DNA of 62,195 bases, filler included, from an uncultured bacterium (lineage in GTDB: Bacteria; CAYJOG01), in assembly GCA_964371695.1 (NCBI GenBank). It is 20 parts of 20 records of this genome, joined end to end, with 100 filler letters (N's around TTAATTAATTAA, not from the genome) between each part and the next. Parts side by side here need not be neighbours in the genome. Positions count along the whole stretch, not along the records: positions 9,506 to 12,564 come from CAYJOG010000425.1; positions 12,665 to 15,708 come from CAYJOG010000426.1; positions 15,809 to 18,850 come from CAYJOG010000427.1; positions 18,951 to 21,992 come from CAYJOG010000428.1; 16 more parts are not named here. One strand, 5' to 3'. The notes beneath the pieces were generated by a model that did no database searches, was not told where the DNA came from, and saw nothing but the letters and a program-made list of their open reading frames with translations. The position numbers and the translations under genes are program-made. Below are positions 9,734 to 19,105 of this stretch, piece after piece (within the stretch, counting starts at the first letter, position 1; the number at the start of each line of letters is the position of its first letter).

Positions 9734-10126
9734 CTACGGCCCGTCCAGCCACAACACGGCGCGGTCGTGGTGGCGAAGTTTTTTGAGCCAGGCCATCAGG
9801 GTTTTGTTTTGGCGGGCCTTGGCGCTGTCGCCCACCACCACGGCCACCACCGGCTCCGAGGGATCCACCGACGCCAGTTTCACCGGCTTCATTATTTTGG
9901 GGAACAGCGTGCCCTGTTCCCGCAGGGCGTCATAGGCCTGTAACACAAAATCATCGGTGGGCGGCGGAGAAAGAGACACCGGCACCGGCTTACCGTCCAC
10001 CGTGGCCACCACCACCGACACATGGGAGGGCATCATCACCGTCAGGGGAGCCAAGTCTTTCATGGTCAGGGTTTTGCCGCTCTGGGGTGGCACAAAAATC
10101 AGAAGCAGTGTGATGACAATGGCCAT
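9734..10126 (-). CDS. Hypothetical exported or membrane-anchored protein
   Basis: 130-aa ORF with AAAGGAG Shine-Dalgarno and a hydrophobic N-terminus. Confidence 0.6.
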   Translation of the reverse strand: MAIVITLLLIFVPPQSGKTLTMKDLAPLTVMMPSHVSVVVATVDGKPVPVSLSPPPTDDFVLQAYDALREQGTLFPKIMKPVKLASVDPSEPVVAVVVGDSAKARQNKTLMAWLKKLRHHDRAVLWLDGP

Positions 10127-10242
10127 GGGTGGCTCCTTTGAGATTTGGGGACAAGGGAAGTGTGCTGAAGTTTATCAACTGCCGGCGCACCTGTTGCTGT
10201 CGGGTTTATGAAAAAGGTTGGGGATTTTCAGGGCTTTTTGAC

Positions 10243-10439
10243 GTAGCCCCGGCGTGCTATCGCCTTCTCGCGGCTGGGTGCCCCAATGGGCACCCAGAAA
10301 GACTCCACTCGAACTGCCGGGGGTTTCAGCCGCGCCACAGGCGCGCACCTTGCCGATTCTTCCCGGTATTCGTCTGAAAAAAGCCTGTTTGGCGCCGCCT
10401 GCGGCGGTTTTTTTGCTCCCGGTGAGATGCCTGGGCTAC
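10243..10439. repeat. Class B REPIN-like element carrying a 60-bp insertion
   Basis: GTAGCCCCGGCGT...GCTCCCGG..GGGCTAC, homologous to 24190-24329 and 28538-28685. Confidence 0.85.
10256..10315 (+). mobile_element. 60-bp hairpin element inserted in a REP
   Basis: 56/60 identical to 37271-37330; absent from the other class B copies. Confidence 0.75.
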
Positions 10440-10494
10440 CGGCAATCTGGCGGCAATGGGCGGCGCACCCGCGTTGGTTTGTTATACTTTTTCC

Positions 10495-10806
10495 ATGCGT
10501 GATGTTGTGGTCAATCCCGGTCACGTGGTGGTTCAGCAGACCAACCGGCGGCTGAATTATCCCTTTGACGTGACTGCCCAGGGCCTGCGGGAACCCAGCG
10601 ACTTCAAGCGCATGGCCGCCCACAGCGGGCAAAACACCGTGATTGGCCGCATGCAGGCGCATGATCAGACGCTGTATGACATGATCCTGCGCGAAAGTCA
10701 CCGCATCCGGTCCATCACCCTGCATCCCGATCACCCGCCGGACCCCTTCAAAAACATCGCGGGGGATATTCCCCTGGGGCCGGGCAAGGTCAATCTGGTG
10801 GTATAA
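10495..10806 (+). CDS. Hypothetical protein (103 aa)
   Basis: ATG start, host-like codon usage, ends 7 nt before fmt. Confidence 0.6.
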   Translation: MRDVVVNPGHVVVQQTNRRLNYPFDVTAQGLREPSDFKRMAAHSGQNTVIGRMQAHDQTLYDMILRESHRIRSITLHPDHPPDPFKNIAGDIPLGPGKVNLVV

Positions 10807-10813
10807 CCGCCCC

Positions 10814-11782
10814 GTGAAACTCGCCTTTTTCGGCACGCCCCCTTTTGCAGCCCGCCTGCTGGACGCCCTGCTGCACAGCAGCCACGAAGTGGTGATGGTG
10901 GTGAGCGCACCCGACGCCCCCGTGGGCCGGGGCCTGCACCTCACCCCCAGCGCAGTCAGCGCCCTGGCCCTGGAAAAGGGCCTGCCGCTGGAACGCCCGG
11001 AGCACGTGGGGGCGCTTGGTTTTCGCCGGGCGCTGGTGGCCTCTGGCGCTGAGGCCGCCGTGGTGGCGGCCTATGGCAAGGTGCTGGGGCCAAAGCTGCT
11101 GGCGTCGCTGCCCCTGGGGTTTGTGAACGTACACACCTCGCTGTTGCCCCGCTGGCGCGGCGCGGGACCGGTGCAGGCCGCCCTGCTGGCGGGCGACGCC
11201 CGCACCGGCGTGAGTTACATGGTGCTGAGTCAGGGCCTGGACGAAGGCCCGGTGCTGAAACAGACCGCCGTGGACATTCAGCCCGAACACAACGCCGCCA
11301 CACTGCTGGCTGAGCTGGGCGAGGTGGCGGCAGCGGAGTTGCCCGGCGTGCTCACCCACTGGCGGGCGGGGCGGCTTTTGGCCGTGCCCCAGACGAGCGA
11401 GGGGGTCACTTATGCCCCGCGCCTCACCAAGGCCGACGGCCATCTCGACTGGCGCGAAAGCGCCCTGCGTCTGCACCACCGGGTGCAGGCGGTCACCCCC
11501 TGGCCGGGGGCGCAGGCGGCGCTGGGGGGCGCGCCGGTGCTGCTGTCGCAAAGCCGCGTGGCCACGCCCGAAGAAGCCGCCGCGCTCGTGGCTGCGCCGC
11601 CGGGGGCGCTGTTGCTGGTGAAGGGCCACGAGGCGGTGCTGGTGAAAACCGGCGAAGGGGCGTTGTGGCTGGGCCGCGCCAAACCCGCCGGAAAAAAGGA
11701 CATGCCCGCCGCCGCCTGGCTCAGGGGCGTGCATGGCCACAGCCCGGTGCTGGATGTGTTGCCCCAGGAGGAAAAACCGTGA
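10814..11782 (+). CDS. fmt: Methionyl-tRNA formyltransferase
   Basis: FFGTPPFA, VAAYG, NVHTSLLPRWRGAGPVQ and TYAPRLTK motifs. Confidence 0.96.
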   Translation: MKLAFFGTPPFAARLLDALLHSSHEVVMVVSAPDAPVGRGLHLTPSAVSALALEKGLPLERPEHVGALGFRRALVASGAEAAVVAAYGKVLGPKLLASLPLGFVNVHTSLLPRWRGAGPVQAALLAGDARTGVSYMVLSQGLDEGPVLKQTAVDIQPEHNAATLLAELGEVAAAELPGVLTHWRAGRLLAVPQTSEGVTYAPRLTKADGHLDWRESALRLHHRVQAVTPWPGAQAALGGAPVLLSQSRVATPEEAAALVAAPPGALLLVKGHEAVLVKTGEGALWLGRAKPAGKKDMPAAAWLRGVHGHSPVLDVLPQEEKP

Positions 11783-12405
11783 CCCAAAAAATCATCTACT
11801 GTTCCGGGCCGCTTTTTTCGCCCGAAGAAACCGCAGGCATGCAGGCGCTGGCGGACGTGCTGGAGGGCGCGGGGTTTGACACCTTTCTGCCTCACCGAGA
11901 CGGCCTGGAACCCCATGTGCTGCCCCTGCTGAACAACCCCGCCGCCGCTTTGCCCGGTGGCCGCGCCGCCGTGGACCGGGCCGTTTTCGCCCTGGATGTT
12001 TTTCAGTTGTTTGAGCGGTGTGCTGCGGTGGTGACCGTGCTGAACGGCCGCACGCCCGACGAAGGCGCGGTGGTGGAGGCGGCGCTGACAAGCGCGGCGG
12101 GCAAGCCGCTGCTGTTTTACAAAAACGACGCCCGCGCCCCCTTTGGCGGACTGGACAACGCCATGATCCTGGGCCTCACGACCACACCCACCCTCAGCCG
12201 TTTGCAGGACATTCCCGCCGCCCTGCACCGTGTGCTGAAAAAAGACGCCGCCAAGCCCCCACCCCTGCCGCCGCACCTGAAAAAAGCCGTGGCCCTGGGG
12301 CGGGGCATCTGGGCGGTGCTGCAGCCCCTTCAGCAGGCCCTGGGAACAAACGGTCCCAACCCCGCCTTGGTGAAAAAGGTGCTGGGTGCGGCGTTGGGGG
12401 CGTGA
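11779..12405 (+). CDS. Nucleoside 2-deoxyribosyltransferase family protein
   Basis: IYCSGPLFS, TFLPHRDG, IFxLD-like VFALD and PDEGAVVE motifs; GTG overlaps the fmt stop. Confidence 0.85.
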   Translation: MTQKIIYCSGPLFSPEETAGMQALADVLEGAGFDTFLPHRDGLEPHVLPLLNNPAAALPGGRAAVDRAVFALDVFQLFERCAAVVTVLNGRTPDEGAVVEAALTSAAGKPLLFYKNDARAPFGGLDNAMILGLTTTPTLSRLQDIPAALHRVLKKDAAKPPPLPPHLKKAVALGRGIWAVLQPLQQALGTNGPNPALVKKVLGAALGA

Positions 12406-12472
12406 AAAGAGAAGGTTGGCGCTGGAAAAAGAAAAGACCCTCGACTCACCCGCATTTTCCCGTGACACCGCA

Positions 12473-12497
12473 GTAGCCACGGGCGTCTCGCCTGTGG
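12473..12497 (+). repeat. GTAG-type REP, class C
   Basis: GTAGCCACGGGCGTCTCGCCTGTGG; inverted copy at 25945-25969 and relatives at 38786 and 50123. Confidence 0.75.
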
Positions 12498-12533
12498 TTT
12501 AAAAACAAAGGTCAAAAAGCCTTTTTAAGTTAA

Positions 12534-12758
12534 ACCCCTCACCCCAACCCTCTCCCCATTAAATNNNNNNNNNNNNNNNNNNNNNNNNNNNNNNNNNNNN
12601 NNNNNNNNTTAATTAATTAANNNNNNNNNNNNNNNNNNNNNNNNNNNNNNNNNNNNNNNNNNNNGTCCCCGCCCGCCTGAAAAAATGGCTTTTTGCTTTC
12701 TTGCTTAAACCCCTCACCCGATGCTTCGCATCACCCTCTCCCCATAAAAGGGAGAGGG
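12534..12758. repeat. BoxC-like half elements at two contig ends
   Basis: CCCCTCACCCCAACCCTCTCCCC before the linker; CCCCTCACCC-GATGCTTCGCATC-ACCCTCTCCCC..GGGAGAGGG after it. Confidence 0.75.
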
Positions 12759-12810
12759 AAACGATGGGCGCTTTTCTTTTACCAACCGCCAACTTCCACC
12801 CTCCAGCCTT

Positions 12811-15651
12811 TTACACGCTGAAGCGGCTCACGCTGTGTTCGAGTTTGCTCATGCTGTCGGTGAGGTCGTTCACCTTGCCCGCCACGCGGCCCAGAGACTT
12901 GAACGTGGTACGGGCGATTTCCCCCACCCCTTCGGCCTTTTGCAGAATGGCCTCGCTCTCTTCGCGCTGCACCTGGGTGCTGCGCACCACCGCCACGGAA
13001 AGGTCCTGCAGCTTGGCCGCGTTGGCCACGATGGCCTTGCTCTTGAGGTTCTGCTCCTGGGCGGCGCGGCGGATGAGATCGGACTGGTTGCGGATGTTCA
13101 GGATGTTCGCCGCCATGCGGTCGGAACCTTCCTTTTGCTGGGCGGTGGCCACGGAGATGTTCTGGATGATGAGTTTCAGCCTGTCCATGGCTTCGCGGAT
13201 GGTGCGGTGTTTTTCTTCGAGGTCCTGGGTGCTGCCCTTCACCCGGCCCAGCACGTTGTCCAGAATGTTGCTGGTGTCGCGCACGCGCTCGGCGGCGGCC
13301 TGCTGGCCCTCGGCGGCGTTTTTGAAGTGATCACTCAGCGTGGCGAAACCCGACATGGTTTCGCGCACCGTCTCGCCCAACTGGGCCTGTTCCTCGGCGG
13401 CGTCATAAATGCTCTGGTTCAGTTCGCGGGTGTGGTCCACGCTGGTGACGATAGTGGTGAGCGCCTTTTTGGCGTCTTCCGCGAGGGCTGATCCGGCTTC
13501 CACCTGCCTGCCCGTCTCCTGCATGGCCAGCACCACTTCTTCGGTGTCGCGGTGAATGTCCTCGATGAGGCGTTTGATTTTTTCGGTGCTGCCCTGGCTG
13601 TCTGCCGCCAGCTTGCGCACGGCGTCGGCCACCACGCCAAAGCCCTTGCCCTGCTGACCGGCGCGGGCGGCCTCGATGGCGGCGTTGATGGCGAGGAGCT
13701 TGCTCTGCTCGGTGATTTCCTCGATGTCCTGCACAATGCGGTTGATCATGTCGCTGCGTTCGCGGAAGTTGGCGATTTTTTCGCCCGCGCCCGCCACGGT
13801 GTCCTTCACGTCCAGCAGGCCGTCGATGGCCCTGCCGATGATGCCCGCCCCGGTCTTGGCCTCCTGAGCCGCCGCGCCCGCGCTCTCCACGGCCTCGGTA
13901 GCGTTTTTGGAGACACGCCCCACGCTGTCCAGAAGCGTGTTCATCACGCCGCTGGCCTTGCCCAGCTCGTTGTCCATGCGCTCGATGTTTTCGCGCATGC
14001 GGTTGATGGCCCGCAGCATTTCGCCCTGGCTGTGATGGGTGTTGCTCACGGCTTTGTCCAGCATGCCCACGTCTTCGCGCAGGTGGCCGGTGGCGCTTTG
14101 CACACCGCTGATGGCGCTGGCGGTGCCCTCGGCGCTGCTGCTCATTTCCCGTGCGCTGTCGTCCATCTGGTGCATGTTGGCGTTGAGTTCCTCAATCACC
14201 GCCGTGATCTCCACAATGGCCTCGCCCAGCACGCTGATGGACTCGTGGATTTCGCCGATGGACTGGTTGATGTGGGTGATGTCCTGGCTCACCAGTTCCA
14301 CCGCGCCCTTCATGTCCAGTGCGCTGGTGCTGATTTCATGCACCTTGGTGCTGAGTCGGCGGGTGCTCTCCACGCTTTCGGCGATGGTGCTCTCCTGCTT
14401 GGTGGCGTCTTCGGCCAGTTCGCCGGAGATCAGGTGAATTTCGCGCGCGCCGCCGCCCGCAGCGCGGGTGCCCACCTTCACCTCGCTGATCATCTGCTTG
14501 AGCGATTGCGACATGGCCCCGATGGAATTGCTCAGCGTGCCGATTTCGTCATAAGGCCCCACCAGCGACAGACGCTTGAAACGGAAATCGATGTCTTTTT
14601 GCAGGTCGCCCCGGCTCACGGCCTTAGCCAGCGCCACCATGGCCTTGAGCGGGCGGCCCAGGGAGCTGGTCATGATGACCATGCTCAACAGGCTCAGCGC
14701 GATGGTACACAGAATGGCGATGCCCAGAATGTTGTAGCTGTGATCAATTTTCAGCGTGTTGCTTTCCAGCAGGCCCTCGATCTCCTGCGAGTTGGCCAGC
14801 ATCAGCAGCTCCAGCGCAGGCTTGAGCGCGCCGTGCCACAGGTTCTGAAACGCGCCGCCCTCCAGCACGATGGGGTTGGCCTTGTCCAGATCGCCGTGTT
14901 TGAGGTGGTTGAAAAAATCCTGCGAAAAACCCTGAAACTCCTCAAATCCCGCTTCGAGATATTTCAGCAGTTCGGCGTTGCCCTGCTGCAGGTCCTGGTT
15001 TTTGTAGTGCCGCAGGCTGTCTTCCAGGTGTGTGGCCATGGCCTTGAGGTTTTTGTCAAACCGTTTGCGGCGTTTGGGGGTGAGTTGCTGGTTGGCTTCG
15101 CCGTCTGAGCCCACGTCGCTGGGGCCAAAGAAATAATTCAGGAAACGCTGGCGATTTTTCTGTTCGGGCGAGGGCTCGCTGGTGAGCGAGTCTCCCCCGG
15201 CGCTGGCGAGTTCCTTGGCGAGCGAGCCATCCAGAGACGAGGTGAGCGTCTGGCTCACGGTGGTCATCTGCCGGAACTCCGGGCTTTCGAGAAACTTTTT
15301 GGAGGCCAGAAACTGAATGGCCGACTCCTGGATATAACGTTCATCCAGTTGGCTGTTGAGCTTGACCATGGCCTGGAGATTGCCGGTTTTTTTGTGAAAG
15401 GCCTGTTTGATGCGTCCCCGCTCGGTCTCCTGAAAAATGGCCGTGCTGGCTTCGTCCAGCAATTTTTCCATGCCGTGCAGGGTGGTGGCGTTTTCGGCCA
15501 TTTTCACCTGTTTGAGGGTCTCGGCGTTTTCCAGCAGGGCTGGCAGCAGCAAAAACCGCGCCGGCGCGCCCGCCAAAGCTGCGGCGGCCAGAATCATCAG
15601 AAAAATGAAAAATCCGATCTTGAATCCGAGATTACTCTCCAGGCTTCTCAT
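12811..15651 (-). CDS. Methyl-accepting chemotaxis protein with a very long cytoplasmic domain
   Basis: TM-periplasmic-TM, HAMP (DEIGTL), and signalling tip QSKLLAINAAIEAARAGQQGKGFGVVADAVRKLA. Confidence 0.95.
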   Translation of the reverse strand: MRSLESNLGFKIGFFIFLMILAAAALAGAPARFLLLPALLENAETLKQVKMAENATTLHGMEKLLDEASTAIFQETERGRIKQAFHKKTGNLQAMVKLNSQLDERYIQESAIQFLASKKFLESPEFRQMTTVSQTLTSSLDGSLAKELASAGGDSLTSEPSPEQKNRQRFLNYFFGPSDVGSDGEANQQLTPKRRKRFDKNLKAMATHLEDSLRHYKNQDLQQGNAELLKYLEAGFEEFQGFSQDFFNHLKHGDLDKANPIVLEGGAFQNLWHGALKPALELLMLANSQEIEGLLESNTLKIDHSYNILGIAILCTIALSLLSMVIMTSSLGRPLKAMVALAKAVSRGDLQKDIDFRFKRLSLVGPYDEIGTLSNSIGAMSQSLKQMISEVKVGTRAAGGGAREIHLISGELAEDATKQESTIAESVESTRRLSTKVHEISTSALDMKGAVELVSQDITHINQSIGEIHESISVLGEAIVEITAVIEELNANMHQMDDSAREMSSSAEGTASAISGVQSATGHLREDVGMLDKAVSNTHHSQGEMLRAINRMRENIERMDNELGKASGVMNTLLDSVGRVSKNATEAVESAGAAAQEAKTGAGIIGRAIDGLLDVKDTVAGAGEKIANFRERSDMINRIVQDIEEITEQSKLLAINAAIEAARAGQQGKGFGVVADAVRKLAADSQGSTEKIKRLIEDIHRDTEEVVLAMQETGRQVEAGSALAEDAKKALTTIVTSVDHTRELNQSIYDAAEEQAQLGETVRETMSGFATLSDHFKNAAEGQQAAAERVRDTSNILDNVLGRVKGSTQDLEEKHRTIREAMDRLKLIIQNISVATAQQKEGSDRMAANILNIRNQSDLIRRAAQEQNLKSKAIVANAAKLQDLSVAVVRSTQVQREESEAILQKAEGVGEIARTTFKSLGRVAGKVNDLTDSMSKLEHSVSRFSV

Positions 15652-15915
15652 GCAGCGTCCTTTCGGGGGGAACCAAACACAGTTCGGGCAAGCTGCCATT
15701 ATAGAGGTNNNNNNNNNNNNNNNNNNNNNNNNNNNNNNNNNNNNNNNNNNNNTTAATTAATTAANNNNNNNNNNNNNNNNNNNNNNNNNNNNNNNNNNNN
15801 NNNNNNNNTCCAAACTGGTTCATCGCTCAGAGTTAATGTTGTTTTGGTTGAAAATTGGTATTAAGACGCAAGAAACCGGTTTGACGCCTGGGGGTTTCAG
15901 AGGCAAATTGACGGC

Positions 15916-16791
15916 ATGTTGCAAGAACTCACCCAAACTGAAAAAACCCTTGAACTGCTGGCGTTATCCAAAGATCCCATGGGCCGCCAAGTGGCCCAGA
16001 CTGCCAAGCTTTTATTTTCACACCGCGTGTTTTCAATGGTGAAGACGCTGCAGGATGCAAAAGTATTCATGGGTTACCACGTTTGGGCGGTGTGGGATTT
16101 CATGTCGCTGGTGAAAGCTTTGCAGCAGGCAGTGACCTGCACCAGCGTGCCCTGGGTGCCTCCCGCCGACGCCAATCTCGCCGCCTTCATCAATGAAATC
16201 GTCACCGGCGAAGAAAGCGACATCACCCCCGGCAAAGACCACGCCAGTCATTACGAACTTTACATCGCCGCCATGCGCGAGGTGGGTGCCGACACAAAAC
16301 CCATTGAAGACTTCATTTCACTGCTTCGCAAAGGTGAAACCCCCGAAATCGCTCTGAAACAGGTGTATGCCCCAGAGGCGGTGCAACGGTTTGTCAACAC
16401 CACCTTAAACCTTGCCGCGGGGCCGCAACACTTGTGTGCTGCGGCTTTTTGTCTGAGCCGCGAAGAACTCATCCCCGGCATGTTTCTCACTCTGCTCAAC
16501 GATCTGCCTGCAGAACAAACCCGCTTTGCCACGTTTCGCTGGTATCTGGAACGTCACGTCGAGGTGGATGGCGAAAGGCACGGCCCTTTGAGCGCCCGGC
16601 TGTTTCAATCTTTGGTTGGCAACGACCCCCATCAGCTTGAAGACGCTCTGAAAGCCTCTCTGGACGCGCTGGAAGCCCGGCATGAACTGCTGGAAGCCGC
16701 CGCCGTCGCCATTGAAAAAAACTGCCGCCGTCTTCATGACGAACAGGAAACCTCTGACGAGATTTCCACCATGGGGTCTGTTAGATCCTGA
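15916..16791 (+). CDS. DUF3050 family heme-oxygenase-like diiron protein
   Basis: HVWAVWDFMSLVKALQ..TC..VPW, INEIV.GEESD, SHYELY and YLERHVEVDG..HGP motifs. Confidence 0.88.
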   Translation: MLQELTQTEKTLELLALSKDPMGRQVAQTAKLLFSHRVFSMVKTLQDAKVFMGYHVWAVWDFMSLVKALQQAVTCTSVPWVPPADANLAAFINEIVTGEESDITPGKDHASHYELYIAAMREVGADTKPIEDFISLLRKGETPEIALKQVYAPEAVQRFVNTTLNLAAGPQHLCAAAFCLSREELIPGMFLTLLNDLPAEQTRFATFRWYLERHVEVDGERHGPLSARLFQSLVGNDPHQLEDALKASLDALEARHELLEAAAVAIEKNCRRLHDEQETSDEISTMGSVRS

Positions 16792-16817
16792 TGGAGCGAT
16801 TATAGATTTTCATCCCC

Positions 16818-18761
16818 CTATGCTTCTTTTTCGACCACCGTTTGCAAGCCGTGTTTTTTGCGGCTTTCCACCACAGATCTTTGAAGCCGCTGGGCCGTCT
16901 CTGGCGCAAGGCCCATGCGCCCTGCAAAAAACGACAGCATCTTTTTCTCAAAACGGTCCAGGCGGCCATCGGCCACTGCCAGAGCTGTGAGCACCCGGTA
17001 TAGATTTTGAGCCTCTTCAGATGAAACGGTTTCACCGGCTGACTCGGCGGTGAGTGAACGGTTATTTTTCACCCACTCCTGAACAAGATTTGGGGCAACC
17101 CCCATCCGCCGGGCCAGGCGATGCAGCAAAGTCATTTCCCGGTGGGTCACCGCGCCGTTCACCGCCGCCACCGACACCGCCTGTTTCAGAAACGCCTCGC
17201 GCCCGCCGGGGCCACCCGCCCACAGCGTCACTTCGTTCAGCCAGTTGACTTCAGCCCCCTCTTCGGGGGCAGCCTGGGGGTGATTTTTGTGGGCCAGATA
17301 GGCGGTGACGCTGTGCAGCACCCAGTCGGTGTCCGCAGCAGAAAAATCGCGCCCGCAACTGTCGCACTGGGGGGTGTCGCTGGCCGAGAGGGGCGCGCCG
17401 CAGGAGGCGCAGGTTTCGGTGCTCAGCCCCTGCGTGGCGGGCGTGCGCACCCCCGCCCCCCGCACCAGTTCAAACACGGTGGTGTGCGAGACCTTGTTCT
17501 CCTCTGGCAAAAGCCGCCCCCCGCGGCGCCCACGGTGTTGCGCCTGCCATTGCAGCACCATCCACAAATGGTCCAGGCCGTCTGGCTCGTTCAGGGCCAT
17601 TTCCTTGAGCCGCACTCCCGCCAGCACAATATCCTCAAACACATCCAGGGCCTCGGCCTTTTTTTCCTGATCAAAAATCGCAGCGATTCTTTGAATGAAC
17701 TCGGCGCTGGCCACCTTTTTGAGGGGCGTGGCCGAAAAATCACGCCGCGCCAGCATCCACCGATAAAAAATCGCCTGGGTGCGGTCCTGCAGGGTGATCA
17801 GGCTGATCTCCGTGTCCCGCTCACGCAAAGTCCCAAACCCGGCCGGGGCTTTGTCTGGCTGAAAAAAGGCGTCGTTGTGGGTGATGGCGGTGAGCACCCA
17901 GTCATGCTGGCCACTGTTGAACAGGTTGCCGCAATATTCGCAGCGCACCGTCTGGCCAGGGGGCGCCTCGGCCCCGCAGCCGGGGCAGCGCCGGTCGCCA
18001 TCGTCTTCGTTTTTGCTCACCGCGCCCCGGCGACGCAGAAGCGTCCAGGTCTCTGAAAAAGGTGTGCGCCCGGCCTGTTGTTTGAGTTTTTCAATCTGCT
18101 CGGGTGTTGCGCCACGGGGCGCGTCAATGTCCACCATCGAGCCGATCATCTGCACATGCACCGCCTCGTGGGTGTTCAGGTTTTCCACCCCCAGCAGCGT
18201 CACCTGATCCACCACCGGCTCAAACACCATGTCCCGCACACCTTCGCCCCGGTGCAGCGCCTGCGCCGCGTTCATCAGGCTGAACAAACCACCGCTCACA
18301 AACCGCTGGGCCTCACCCAAACGCTCCTGGCTCCAGCAGGCCTGAAGCCGCAGGAACAGCGATTTGGCACGCTCCCTGAAATGCCCCAGATCGAAGGCCG
18401 GATCAGCGTTTTTCAGCGCCCCCAGGCGCTCCTGCAGATGGGCCTGTGAAATAGGAGCGGGCATGAGTTGTTGATCCATTTGGCGCAACGCCCCCTGAGA
18501 GCGGCCTTCGGGCATGCGGTAATTCACATACCAGTAACCCACACCGGCCACCACCAGCACCGGCACACCCACCTGGGGGTAATGCCACGCCAGACGCAAC
18601 AGCAGCCAGACGATTTCGCCGCCACCACCGCCACCACCACCGCCCGGCGGCGGACTGTAATGTTCACCGCCCCCCAGCCGCGCCATTGCGGCCTGGCCCA
18701 TCCACAGCACCAGCCCGACGATTGGCCAGAACCCACACCAGTAAAAAATCCTGCGGTTCAC
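16818..18761 (-). CDS. Protein with tandem TIM44-like domains, zinc ribbons and a C-terminal TerB-like region
   Basis: Signal then ARLGGG, two NTF2/TIM44-like units each followed by CxxCG..CxxCG and DWVL, and AVADGRLDRFE at the C-terminus. Confidence 0.8.
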   Translation of the reverse strand: MNRRIFYWCGFWPIVGLVLWMGQAAMARLGGGEHYSPPPGGGGGGGGGEIVWLLLRLAWHYPQVGVPVLVVAGVGYWYVNYRMPEGRSQGALRQMDQQLMPAPISQAHLQERLGALKNADPAFDLGHFRERAKSLFLRLQACWSQERLGEAQRFVSGGLFSLMNAAQALHRGEGVRDMVFEPVVDQVTLLGVENLNTHEAVHVQMIGSMVDIDAPRGATPEQIEKLKQQAGRTPFSETWTLLRRRGAVSKNEDDGDRRCPGCGAEAPPGQTVRCEYCGNLFNSGQHDWVLTAITHNDAFFQPDKAPAGFGTLRERDTEISLITLQDRTQAIFYRWMLARRDFSATPLKKVASAEFIQRIAAIFDQEKKAEALDVFEDIVLAGVRLKEMALNEPDGLDHLWMVLQWQAQHRGRRGGRLLPEENKVSHTTVFELVRGAGVRTPATQGLSTETCASCGAPLSASDTPQCDSCGRDFSAADTDWVLHSVTAYLAHKNHPQAAPEEGAEVNWLNEVTLWAGGPGGREAFLKQAVSVAAVNGAVTHREMTLLHRLARRMGVAPNLVQEWVKNNRSLTAESAGETVSSEEAQNLYRVLTALAVADGRLDRFEKKMLSFFAGRMGLAPETAQRLQRSVVESRKKHGLQTVVEKEA

Positions 18762-18958
18762 TTTTTAGCGAGAAACGGCGGCCACCGCCTGAGCCGACTG
18801 GTTTTGCCACAACACTTTTCCATCGGCATGAGGCATGTCAAAACCCAGCCNNNNNNNNNNNNNNNNNNNNNNNNNNNNNNNNNNNNNNNNNNNNTTAATT
18901 AATTAANNNNNNNNNNNNNNNNNNNNNNNNNNNNNNNNNNNNNNNNNNNNCTATTTGC

Positions 18959-19089
18959 GGAGTAGGCGCGGTGTCCGCACCGCGCAAAAGCCACTGCAAA
19001 AAGGATTGATTTTTTCATTGACGGCGGTGAGGACACCGCCGCTACTCCGGTTAGGTTAACATCTGTGGATGGGGGCGTCGCCGGTACTC
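18959..19089. repeat. Class A REP inverted pair plus a third REP
   Basis: GGAGTAGGCGCGGTGTCCGCACCGCGC and CGGCGGTGAGGACACCGCCGCTACTCC. Confidence 0.8.
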
Positions 19090-19105
19090 AAAGTAAGCAA
19101 CCATC

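Noticed and set aside
15916-16791. DUF3050 as the core of a biosynthetic cluster
   Set aside because: No biosynthetic neighbours on its contig.
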